This document shows positions 26,795 through 38,946 of a stretch of 64,000 nt of DNA, one piece after another. The position numbers and the translations under genes are program-made. The notes beneath the pieces were generated by a model. It was not told the DNA's origin and made no database searches. It saw only the letters and a program-made list of their open reading frames with translations. Positions within the stretch are counted from its first letter, which is position 1. Each line of letters begins with the position of its first letter. This stretch comes from Lepidodermella squamata (Eukaryota; Animalia; Gastrotricha). The stretch lies in the NCBI GenBank assembly GCA_047495785.1, contig JBLDXI010000054.1, positions 3,410,001 to 3,474,000 of the forward strand, written 5' to 3'.

Positions 26795-29622
26795 TCAAGC
26801 GATTCTCGTCCGCTTTGCATCGCCACCGACCGGGGTTTGAGCAGCTGGTGTTTGAGGATCAGTCGCTTCCCGTTTTGCCACCTGAGAACCCGGTGTTCCC
26901 TGGGCAGCAGCAGCAGCAGCAGCAGCAGCTTGTTGCTCCTGAAGCCATCTTACCTGCGTAGCTGGTCCATAACCCTTCTCGTTTTTAGCTGCGATTCGGA
27001 AAATAACAGCAGGCTTGCCACCACTTGAATCTATCGCTGCCAGGTGAAGAGCATCCGCTGTCAACGCGCACTTGGCACTAACACCAGCGTAAACTTTCTG
27101 GAAGGAATATTGACCCGGAGGCTTCGGTTCAGTAGGTTGAACCGCTAGGTAAACAGAGTATTCGTTAATGCGACCCGCAGTGTTGGCCGGTTGTTCCCAG
27201 GACAACACAGCTCCGCCAGCGTCGGTCTGAAATTAAAACGTTAATTTCTTACTCTATCTATAGGTAGGTATGAGTAAATCATTACCCTAGTTATCTTGAT
27301 GTTAGAGGGCGCGCCAGGGAATCCCGGTACGCAGGTTTTGAAGGCAGAAGGTTCCGACCACTGACCCCGGCCGCAACCGTTGACAGCCGCGAACCGAAAT
27401 CTGTACACTGTTCCGGGTTGTAGCGCCTGGCGTTTCAAATTGTTAGTTTCGACGCCATTTTCGACAGAAACCGGGCCACCAGTATCCGGACCAACGAAAT
27501 AATGGGTGACGACATAATTGCTACCTTTGATGAGACCAACGTCAAACCATTGGTTTGCAAGAATATCCTCTGCGGACATCGAAGTAGCTGTGACCTGGCC
27601 GAGGCTATGTTGATGCTGAGATGACATAAGTGCCTGTGAATCGACCAAAGAATCGCTACCCTCGGTCTTCCCGAGCGGTTGCATCAGGCTTACAGGTACG
27701 TTTGAACTGAAAATATCTCCAGATCCGACACCCGTGCTAGGTTACATAGAAAGAAGTAGTTCAATGTTCAATTAAAGCACTATGATTCTTACCCCGCGTG
27801 TCGCTCCAAAGCGCTACCAGAAGTCTGAGGTGGGGAGGCAAGATCGCCCAGCGAGTGTAAGTCGTCCAGTAACTGGTCAGGCGGTTGACTGGAAATTGAT
27901 TCGAGGAGATCAGTAGGAGCTAAAAAAACACGCATATTAGTCATTCCGATTAGATAATTCATCTGCTAATTACATTTCAAGTCTGGAGGTGTTTGACCTT
28001 GAGAACGAATAGGGGTGACAATGCTGCCAACTTGGGGCGGCGACCCGTGAGGTTGAAAAGAAACTAGGCTAAGCTGACCGCCGGGAGCTTGGGCTCTTGC
28101 GAGAACAGCTGGCGATAACTGTCTGGGGGCGGAAGAGGCAGATACTGGTTGACCTGGTCTCACCAAGGTAAGAATAGGCGTGGTAACTTGTGGAGTGCTG
28201 TTGCCACCAGATCGCTGAAGTGTAATGGTAGGACGGGTAGGGGTTGCAACACCTCCAAGCTGAGCAACTCGAACAGGCGCTGCAGGACTAGGCGAAACCA
28301 AGCGAACACCAGCGTTTTGCCCTTGGTCTGCCGTTCTAGAAGGATCGTACCGCTGGACTTGGACCAAGTAGAAATCCGCCGTAGGTACAGGGGACCAGCT
28401 GATCTCTAAACTGTTGGTCAAAGCACGGACAAGTTGAACGCGACCCGGAGCTGGAGGTTTTTCAGTTTCTAGAAACCACATGTCCTTGAAACAGACTTGG
28501 TTGTTCCAAGCTTTCCGGTAGCCATCGCGGCCAGACCAAATGTATAGTCGAGTGTGAATGCCGACGGCACAATGGCCGGCTCTCGGGCGAGGCACTTGGT
28601 CGTCATACATATCAGTTTGAACAGATTCCCACACCATAGTGTCTAGATTCAACGCTGCCATGGTGTTCGTGCATTTCCATTCCTTTTCTTGAGCGCCCGA
28701 CCGATTTTCATCGATAACCAGCGGGACCCATCCGCCAAAAATGTACATACGATTGCCAATAATAGTAGCTGAGTGCAAGCTTCGCGGAAGCGGTGCCGGG
28801 CCATCAATGACCGGTCGTTCCCAGGTCATTGTTTCTAGGTCCAACTGCCAAAGATCACCAAGACGGTGACCTGACATGCCGCCGTAAATGATCAAACGCG
28901 ATCGCCCGAGCCTGTCAGTATAGGCTACCGCCGTGTGAGATTCGCGTGGAGTGGGAGGTTGGCCATTTGTTCGAGGACAAGACCACGCCAACTGCCCAGT
29001 CGATCCAGGCTCGCCAAGATCAAGGACGTATAAATCGTTAAGGTAACTGGGTCAAAAATATTTTCAAGAGGAGCAACAACCTTTTAGACATGCTTACCGA
29101 GGTACGTTGTTCCTGGGCTCATCGCTCTCGTTTGCTAACCCACCAAACAGATAAACTTTTCGACCGAGCAGAGTGAACGTATGTCCCAAACGAGGACAAG
29201 GTGGTGTAGTATCTTTCGGTGCTCTCGGTTTTAACCTTTTCCATTCCCATTTAGATATTTGCAGCTCGTACAGTTCGTTGGAGTATTTTCCGTATTCCAC
29301 CATGCCACCAAAAACAAGCAACCGAGTCTCATCGCAAACGAAGCCGAAAGCAGCACATCCCGGAGGAATGTCACCCTTCGTCTGAGGCATAAACCACTGG
29401 TTGGTAGCTAAATAAAAAAGCACATGAAATAGGTGCACATAGTGATGAAAAAGACAACGCACTGGTATCAAAAACATGTAGTTCATCCACTATGCCTTCG
29501 TTTCCGCCGCCGAATATCAGAACCAAATCTTTAATCGCAGCAGCACGATGACCATGCCGGGGTCTCGGAGCAGGACCGGTCGGATTGGCGATTTTTCGCC
29601 ATTTGACTACTGAGGTCGACAT
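26795..29622 (-). CDS. HCFC1: Host cell factor (Kelch repeats, FN3 pair, C-terminal NLS), compact ~850 aa, ~6 exons
   Basis: [91 protein letters not shown] and C-terminal KRTR. Confidence 0.95.
26904..26929. repeat. (GCA)n microsatellite encoding a poly-Ala run in the HCF last exon
   Basis: GCAGCAGCAGCAGCAGCAGCAGCAGC, translated on the minus strand as [12 protein letters not shown]. Confidence 0.9.
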
Positions 29623-29772
29623 GACGTTATCATGAAAACAACAACTAAAAGTCAGATACAATTTTAGATGGGATACGACAGCATAAAGTGGACTGTAGCC
29701 GTTTTCAATTTCGTAGGTAGAAGGTAGAAGTGCGAAGTGGCTTCTCAGAGGGCGCCGCTCTCAGCTCTCAGA

Positions 29773-29809
29773 GGGTTAAGGTTAGGGTTAGCGTTACGTT
29801 AGGGTGGGG
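29773..29809 (+). repeat. Degenerate telomere-like (TTAGGG-type) tract upstream of HCF
   Basis: GGGTTAAGGTTAGGGTTAGCGTTACGTTAGGGTGGGG, bracketed by the inverted pair GAGGGCGCC...GGTGCCCTC. Confidence 0.6.
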
Positions 29810-30957
29810 TGTGAGGTGCCCTCCCAGAAAGAACTTCTATCAACGGAATTCGGAATTGGAAGAGACGTAGAACGTAGAAGCCAGCCATTCGCTATACGCG
29901 ACTATACGCGCTAGAAGTTTTAGGGTGGAGAAATCTACCTAAATCTGTATAAAACGGCTGGACTTGAAGTAATCAGTCATCAGTCAACAGATCCAACAGT
30001 TCAAGCAGCAACCCCGAAAAGGCATCAATAACACCTAACACCATCGGGCCGATTTCCAATCTAACCGCAAATAATCCTTCTTCCGTACCTCCGTGGCTAC
30101 AATCAGGCCGCTGACACCACACCCTCCGACCTCCGACTCGCCAGAACAATGGTGGCCCATAGCCTACAAACTACTAAGTCACGGGCGGCAGTTTTGCCGG
30201 GAGGCTAACTGACGCAAAATCCAAGACGAAAAGTGTTTATTAATTCTTGAACTATGTAAAATAATATAATTTTAATTCAACAAAATAATTTAATTTTAAA
30301 ATGTAATACAACGTTTAATTAAGTAATGTCTGGCTTTCCAGCCGCATGTATATATCACTTACGTAACAACGGTTTCTGGCTCCTGGTGTCTGTCGTTTTG
30401 TGACTTGCCCGTTTTGAATCGCAGAATCGAAACAGTAATCAGTTTCAGCTTCACTTACTTTTACTGAGACAGTCGCATGCCATTGGTTCTAGCTGCGAAA
30501 TCCAGGTTTTTCGATATCCTTTATCATTTTTCATCTTTGGTCGCCAATCGTCACCTCCTTAAGGAAAAAGGCTTTCATGCAACGGCAATCAGAGTTTTGG
30601 TCTGATCTTTTTTCAAAACCATCAATACCTATACCAGCACCAATACCGGTCTGTCTTTCGATGTCGGTATGGGTAAAAAATGCCATCACTCGTTTCGACC
30701 GTGTCATTATAAAGCGAATTTGATATTTTGAATCAGCGTGGAAAGTAACCTCATCACTCAGCATTTAACGCTCTACAAAATGGTACCAAAATGGTACCAA
30801 CATGATGTTAGATATCTGAAAATCGATTTAACATTTCGAACAACTGAAGTCATCAAATTAATACCCCGTCTTTTACCGATTTGAAAACTTTTATTCATCT
30901 TTTTGCTGGCAAAACAACCAAATATTAAGCAAAATTCACCTCAAAGTATAAAAGAAG

Positions 30958-32806
30958 CTATGACGGCAGCAAGATTGCCCATATCGATAGATACAAAAAT
31001 GGAGCAAATGACTGTAAGCCTATAGACGTAGAGCAACTTCTGCTCCCTAACAAGGCTTTCTGCTTTTTCTCTTTACTAGACGCAGCGAACATGGACATAG
31101 GGCCATCGCTCACACTCGAGGGGTAATTAATTTCATCCCCAGAATTCACTACTTCATCATCGATTTGACCAGTATCAATTTCTGTTGTTTGTCTCTGGCG
31201 GGCACGGCCGTTTGGAGACCACGACTGGGACACTCCCTCGCCATCGTTGGTTACTTGCTCTTCATCTTCAATGAAAATGACAGGAATATCGGCTTTGTTA
31301 TTAGTTGTTATTTCGATTCTAGGCACTGACATCGTAGCGCCATGTTCTGGCAGGGACTGGGGGATATCCGTGATATCACTGAAGGACGGCACTGGTGTGG
31401 TAATGATATCCTCAGAGGCTGGAGCCTCAATTTCTGAAAAAAAAAATACCATTTTTTAAATAAGGTAGGGAAATGTTACAAAAATTACCATCGTCTACGA
31501 CTTCTGAGCTTTTCATGGCATTACCGCCGGCAAGGTCATCGTAATTATTGTAATCATAGTCCGTTATTGCACGCTCTGTAGTGGGGGCAGGAGTAGTGGT
31601 TGTAGGCGGCTCGGTTGGAGGCGGAGCTGCTGTTGAAGATGTTGGAACACTGGAACGCTTTATTTGCCTCCATTTCAGCGTAAAGCCTTGATTCACCGTT
31701 GTCAACATGCTTCTGCTTTCGTAGTAAATGTGAATAACGTTCGACGTAGATTGAACTGATGGAGGTTTGACGTTTAAACACATGCACTGCAGTTCATCAT
31801 ACATTTCCAGGCCTAGATTTACGATATTTACAGAGGGTAAAATGTGACGGTGCGTTAAGGGTAATTTAGGTGAAAACAAACTTTTTATCGCATTATTGCC
31901 AATAGGTGATATTGTAGGGTTGATGTCACAACACCTTGGACCAATAATAGTACTACCATCCTCGTTCATTACAGGGTCGTTGACATCATTTATAGTCAAG
32001 ACAAAAGGTGCATTAGGATCGATTGTGTATTTTATGAATTCGATTTGGAAGGCAGTGTCCTCCGGGGCAACGACAGACCAGTAACACCTAGAGTGGCTGG
32101 CGACCGTTCGATCAAAGGGCGAGCTTATCTCCCCAGTTGATGCGTTAATATTCATGGCGGGCGAGTATACAATAGCTTCAAATCCGCAACCATGCATTGG
32201 TGTTAAGACGCTGAACTGAAATTTGAAGCGATCACGCTTAGCTTGATCGACGCTTCGAATGTGATATTCAATGATCACATCGTTGCCATTTGACCACCAG
32301 AAAACCTGTTGAGGTAACGCGCCACAGTATGGCCCAGTTATTGTTGAAACAGCTGGTCGTTCTTTGGCTAACGCCGAGTCTGAATCTTTGATGTAAAGAG
32401 TATTGCCCCAACAAGGCTGCTGTTCGTTTGGAGAGGACACCGGCACTCCTCCAGTGATAACACCCCTACTGCTGATGTTGAAATCCCGAAAATGAATACG
32501 AACCGCCTCGCGATCATAGCCGACTATTCGCCAAGCTATGCAAATAATCGACGGGTTGGCTCGTAGAAAGTCTTCGAAAGCGCTGTCTAGGAAAACGTGA
32601 CGCATATCGACCTCGCCTGTCGCATCGACGAACTTCTTCACCAATTTACAACCTTGACTTGGAGCCGACGCCAGCGTTGACGTTAGCGATGAAAGGATGA
32701 AGACGAAGATGCAGCTAGTAGCAGTGAAAAATACTGCGATGAAAGTAAGACCGGCTTGTGTCGACCTCCTCGAGTCGACAACCGACGTTTTTCGATGCCT
32801 CGGCAT
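30958..32806 (-). CDS. Secreted / GPI-anchored-type protein with two CUB domains and a Ser/Thr/Pro-rich stalk, 2 exons
   Basis: N-terminal hydrophobic segment, CUB1 (CIAWRIVG..VRIHFRDFNI..GPYCG..SNGNDVIIEY..FKFQF) and CUB2 (CG..TGEISSP..CYWSVVAP..STSNVIHIYY..GFTLKW). In-frame intron 31434-31488. Hydrophobic C-terminus FAPFLYLSIWAILLPS. Confidence 0.8.
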
Positions 32807-35800
32807 TGCTGATTCAAATCGGCGTATTGGTTTTAATTTTTGGCAAACAGTTCGATACCAGCATCATGACTCACAGACATTATGCGTCAAGGATGGCCTA
32901 ATAACAAGGAATATATATAGGTATAAACAAATTATATCGTCTAATAGGATTAAACCGTGCGAAATTGACCAGAAAAAAATGAAGAAACAAGAGCGAGCAA
33001 ATAGGAAAAAATGGCGTGTTTGCTCTCGAATCTCCGAAGAGAATTGGCATTCTAATGATTTGCTTCTGTGTGTCTCCTAATATCATGCATTTCGCGGAAA
33101 TCAGATGACATCATTATGCGCAAGGAAAAAAACGCTACTCAGCGCGCGGTCAAGATTGCTAGACTTCTGCGGATTTATGCGCGCATTTCATCGTGATACT
33201 ACAACCAGCTTTTCCGGATGGCCATGTATCACGGGTAGATGTAAAATAAATATCTCGTTAAAAATAAGCTATTGATCATAGATCGCTATGGCATCAAATT
33301 ATTGACATATCAGCGCCTGGAAAAAACTGGCTATCATTATAACGCGGGTGAAAAAACGTCAGCCCATTAGCCGGCTGTTCAAAATTCAGGAGGCTAAAAG
33401 AATAAAATTACCTCCTACTCTCATTATAAAATTATCGTTGCCATGAGAATTGACTTTTTTGCGTCGGAAAAATTATAATGCGCTATCGGAAAAAATGGCG
33501 ATGCACCTGATATATGGCCACGATAATTATTTGCACTAAAAATAGCTCCGGATCACACGGACCAATAACACTGACACCAATTTTTCGCGTAAACATCATC
33601 GTGTAAACAAGCAAGGCTAATAGACCTGAACATGAAATTTGGGCGACAGTACTCGCTAAATTGCTTGATAAAGAGGGCCAGCAAATTAGAGTGCACAAAT
33701 CGTTAAATTTATTAAGACAGGAAATCAACACATGAGCCAGGGTGTTAATAATAAATAAGGCCGTCATCGAACATCGTAACTTTTCATAATTGATTTCGCG
33801 CGTCGATTCTTTTACGCGCCGAATATCTGGTGACAGTATCAAAGTAACGCGAATGTTATGACTCGGTAATATTTCGCTATTTTATTTATTGACTACAGGT
33901 ATTGTCAAGTAGCTCTTGTATTCGACCGCATAAACGCCGCGCGCTCGCCGCAGCTTAGAAGCGCAATAAATACTTGGATACCATGAAAAACAACACATGC
34001 GCCCGAAAAACGTTATACATAGTTCACAATTCTGGGCATACACTTTAATTAGTCCGATGTATACACAACGCGGTACTGATTCTGTATGTGCGAGTGTTGA
34101 CAAGCATCGGAAAAAGGCGCGGCGCTTTCTGGGTTGTACAAAACATGGGGAAAAAGGTACAAGCGTGGGCCGGGCTTCAACACTTCCTGCCCTCTACACC
34201 CTTGTTCGTTATTTGCACCTCGTTGATAGCCAGCGCTACCTTTATGTATGTCAGAACCGGGTGTGGCGCGTTATATTCGACAGAAAAAAGAGCGAGCAAT
34301 CGTCAAAAAGCTATATGTGGTGGCAATCTCGTGCTATACAAGGCTATAAGTTTACATTGACAACAGTTGCATGTGTAGTTTGAAGCACGCAGCCATATAT
34401 ACATTTATATGGGTGTGATTTGAAACGCCCGAATGCGCACCATGCGGGAACAAACAATGATTATCGACAAAAATAAAAATGGTTTGCATGAAATAGTTCG
34501 TCAAATCGGAAGTAATAGCAACTCAATTAATCTTAGAAAATTTTGTGTCGCCGAATTCCATAGCTAACACTGCCACATGAGCTAATTCTAGAACCAACAA
34601 GCGACTGCTAAATTTCGCACTAGCGGATGAGCCGAAAATTTTATTTCTCCGTAAAATGTTAAGGACATAGCGACATTAAACATCGCAATACAAATTCACC
34701 TTTTGGAACCCGAAATAATTCAATGATAATGGAATTGATACTAAATTAAAATATATTCTCTGGGTAGCGCGGTTGGTTGTATCATATTTCCTGAGCTGAA
34801 AATAGCATAGGAATATAACTTGGCCTAATGGACGGTCCAGACGCACGTCATCATTATATTGCTGCTGTTTGTTCCAAAAAAGAACAATAAAATGACCAGC
34901 ATTTTTGTAGAATTGCACCCCCTAGGATAACGAGAGCAGCCATATCATTTCATTGGCAAATAGTAGCCTGAATGAATAAGGGTTGAATTTCAGGAAAGTA
35001 TCAGCTTCTCGCGAGATATGCGACCGCCAATTTTATGGTCTCTGGCGAATTCTGTTCTCGAAAGAAATTCTACAATAATAATACAATCCGCTTTAAGGTG
35101 GCTATTAAAACAATGAAACGACAAAAACGTTGCAAATCAATAATTCAGCATTTGCACATTGTGGCTATATTCGGCTGTGTGAAATTATTAAATTGAAAAG
35201 TTGGTCAACGGTGTTTCAATAGCTTGTTTCAGCATGTATCGATTAAAATATTTTATGAACCCGGAAAGCTAGTCTCATACCTATGCAATTCAAAAAAAGT
35301 ATTCAGCATCAGTGAATGGCCTCAAATCGATTCATGCCTTGATTTGAATAAATTAATATACTTTGACCGCAATGTTTCCCACATAGAAAAAATGTCCCAT
35401 CATCTTTTGCTAATCTCTAACTTAATAATGGTAATACGAACTATTATTTTGCTAAAATTCTAAAGGATATATCTAGGCATTAATTTCGTCTGCGTTATTA
35501 TTGCGAAAACTGGAATGAAATGTCTTCAGCTGTTTTAATAATTTATGCAAGTGATGATGTCATTAAGAATCATGCACAAGCGTAAAAATCAAGTTTGCAA
35601 CTGCGCGATTGCTTGCACGACAACAAGCGCCAATGTGTCATGAGCAATTTACGTTTATTCAAAAACAGCGAAAGCGCAATCGCAACGCTACACATATATC
35701 GTGACTGCCGTAGTAGAATTTTCCAGGCTGATGTGTGGGATTGAATCCTCATTATAATATTTGCTGCTGTTCGTTGAACCGAGGTCGCAAAATGTCTGTG

Positions 35801-36033
35801 TGCAGTAATTAACAGGGGCATTTTTAATTAGACAAAACAATAGATGCTGCAGGTAAAAAAGGCTTTTATTCGGAATAAAACTGGGTGAAAAATCGATTGG
35901 AATACTGGTATTAAAAATAATGAAAGAACCGCAACCAGAAGTGAGCACCGACTAGTGGATGAAAAAAATAGGACAATTTTGGTAAAAATAATCGAGGTGG
36001 ATAATGTCCGTTATAATCATTTCACGGCAAGTT

Positions 36034-38567
36034 TCAATCAGCCCAATAACAGGGCGTCAACTCCATATCCGGAAAATTGCTCATAGCAGCCTTTGTAGCT
36101 TGCTGTGCCAGAGAATGACCGGCCCAGGCACGACGAGCCACTCCATTGATGACATCCCATTGCAGCATAGACGTAGCTTTATCATGCGCCTCGCGACTTC
36201 CATCAAGCACCAAACCGAATCCTCCATTCATAACCTCGCCCCAGCCAACGCCGCCGCCGTTGTGAATTGAAACCCAGGTGGCGCCTCGGAACGAATCACC
36301 GATAACATTTTGAATAGCCATATCAGCGCAAAACTTGGAACCATCTTGAATATGCGAAGTTTCGCGGTATGGCGAATCCGTCCCTGAAACGTCGTGGTGA
36401 TCACGGCTCAGGACAACAGGGGCGCTAATGCGACCATCGGCAATAGCTGCGTTGAAAATTTGGGCAAGTTTCTGACGGCCAAGCAAGTCGCTGTAAAGAA
36501 TACGAGCTTTGGAACCAACAACCAGCTTGTTATGAGGGGCTTTGACAATCCAATCCAAGTTATCGCGATATTGCTGACGAGTTTCGTCAGACAAACTCCC
36601 GTCATTCGTCATTTTTTCGAATAAATCAGCCGCCAGTTTGTCAGTTAAAGCAAGGTCCTCATCTAAACCTGAGGTACAGACCCAGCGGAAAGGTCCGAAA
36701 CCAAGCGAGAAAACATCTCCCATTATGTCCTCGACATAAGACGGATAGCGGAATTTCGTTTTACTTCCTTCTGCGAAGACATCGGCTCCGGCACGGGATG
36801 CTTGAAGTAGGAACGCATTTCCGTAGTCCCAAAAATGCATTTTCGCATTTTCAGCCAAATAATTCACAGCGGCAACATGTCGCAGCAAACTTTCGTGAAC
36901 TTTCCGTTTGAATAGATCAGGCTCATCGACCATCATTCTACGAGCGTCATCGTAACTAACACCAACCGGATAATAACCACCTTAAAATCGAACAATTCAT
37001 GGTATACTCCAGGTACTTGAGCGGTTTTTTTTACCGTAATACGGGTTGTGTAAAGAGGTTTGATCTGATCCTAATTCCACCAAAACCTCACCAGTTTTCT
37101 TGTGTTCAGCCACGAAACACTCCCTATAGAAATTAATTAGCATTTTCAGAGAAAATATATCGAAATATTGTACCATAAGTCAACAATATTGCCGTGATAG
37201 CCGATGCTAACGGCTTCTCGTTTAGCTTTCGCTTCTCTCATTCGTGACATAACCTTGTTAAGATCACTGTGCCATTCACTCAACCAGCCCTGCGAGTGTC
37301 GTTTGGTGATCGCTTCGAGCGACACTTCTGCAATGACGCCGACACAGCCAGCAATAACAGCAGCTTTCGCCTGGGCGCCAGACATGCCGCCCATACCAGA
37401 GGTAACAAAAGCTACCCCTCCGACATCTTCTCGGTTCAAATATTTACGACCCGCACTTTTCACTGTGATCTGTAGCAATAAAACATGAAAAATATACTCC
37501 AAAATTTCCTGAAGCGGTTATAATGTACCGTTGTTCCGTGAACTATACCCTGAGGGCCGATATAGCAATAGCTCCCAGCAGTCATTTGGCCGTACATAGT
37601 CACACCCATAGCAAAAAACTTGTCATAATCTTCATTTTTGCTATAATTGGGAATCATCATGCCGTTCGTAATAATTGCCCTTGGTGCAGCGGTTGAGCTG
37701 GGAAATAAGCCCATCGGATGACCAGAATACATGACCAGTGTCTGAGAATCAGTCATTTTCGACAAATAGTGCATCACCAATCGAAACTGGGCCCAGTTAC
37801 TGAACACTTGGCCATTCCCACCATAAGTAACCAACTCTTGCGGGAACTGAGCCACGGCCGGGTCCAAGTTGTTGAAAATCATTAGCATAATAGCTTTAGC
37901 TTGCACACTTATGCCCGGAAACCACGAGATTGGGTAAGCTCTGTGAAAGAGTGGGCACGAATAATTTTACGTGTCCAGCTGTTACTGGAGAGGAAAAAAC
38001 ACATACTTGAGAGGTATATCAGGCATGAAACGGTACATGTAAATATGGCCGTGTTGTTCCAACTCTTCTGCAAACTCAGACGCCAAAACATCGTGAAGCT
38101 CGGGTCGGAAATACCGCAACGCGTTTCTCACGCACAACTGATAAATAACACAAGATGCAATTAACCCCTATGACACTAAAGCCACATAAAAATCTGTCTA
38201 GGCTACATTGAAGGAATCAGATTGAAAACTACCGTGTCATAAACATCGCAGCAAAGAACACCGCCGAGCACAAGCAGCGCTGAAATATTGCGTTAACAAC
38301 AAATCTTCACCACAGATGCTCAAGGCTGTGTTCAGCTGGATGCCTCAGAGATACAGAGACTCTCATCATATTAGTCTTCAGAGCAAATGAAAATAAAATA
38401 AAATACATTCAAGTAACCTTTTTCTCTTCATCCGTTAAATTGGGACGACGGCGAGGTGCATGAGGCAAATTTGGAGATGGAACTCTTTTCGCCCCCAGGC
38501 CCAACACAGTTTGGGGCAGTCCCGAGCTTAGTAATTCCAGGGCCGCCTTAATTTCGCTCTCTGTCAT
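36034..38567 (-). CDS. UROC1: Urocanate hydratase (eukaryotic long type), multi-exon
   Basis: LPHAPRRRPNL, VRNALRYF, GHIYMYRFMP, NNLDPAVAQFPQELVTYGGNGQVFSNWAQF, GQMTAGSYCYIGPQGIVHGT, SDQTSLHNP, FWDYGNAF, SRDHHDVSGTDSP and HNGGGVGWGE. Confidence 0.97.
38210..38380 (-). ncRNA. Intronic box C/D scaRNA-like guide RNA (U4-A65 guide plus a U6-complementary guide) in UROC1 intron 1
   Basis: C box ATGATGA at 38369-38363, D' CTGA at 38348-38345, D CTGA at 38220-38217, with terminal TGAAG/CTTCA pairing and a long internal hairpin at 38256-38333. There are 10-nt antisense elements to U4 (AUUGAAAACU, 38221-38230) and U6 (GAUACAGAGA, 38350-38359). Confidence 0.8.
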
Positions 38568-38946
38568 CGAAAAGCCGGTAATTTACCTATAAATGAACAG
38601 AACGCAAAACATTTCATGGCATGTTTAATAGAATAAATTAATAAATGTGCACATGCATACGTGGAAAACACTGAACAAAAAGTGTTCGTTTGCGACTAAT
38701 ATGCTCGATTGTAAATAGCAAAGAGAGTAGTGATTTTACCACTTCGTCCCGCATAAAATGCTTCAATTTTTCATCGAAGAAAATGAATCAAGTTAGACAA
38801 ATAATAGCAAGTCATTACTTCGCGTTAGTTATGAGCAGTGAAGAATCACACCAACTGCGATACAGCATTTTTGCAGAAATTTAGAGAAATCCCATTATCA
38901 AAAGTTCACAACTAGAGCACCTTATACATAAAAAATTGTGACGAAT

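Noticed and set aside
33000-36000. ORFs of 70-130 aa upstream of the CUB gene
   Set aside because: Mostly non-ATG starts, no domains and no PDZ7-like exon. Treated as regulatory or intronic DNA.
36034-38567. Urocanase (and MUG-like TDG) as possible bacterial horizontal transfers
   Set aside because: Both are intron-rich and carry eukaryote-type motifs (UROC1 N-terminal extension; TDG GHHY..GNHFW), consistent with vertical inheritance.
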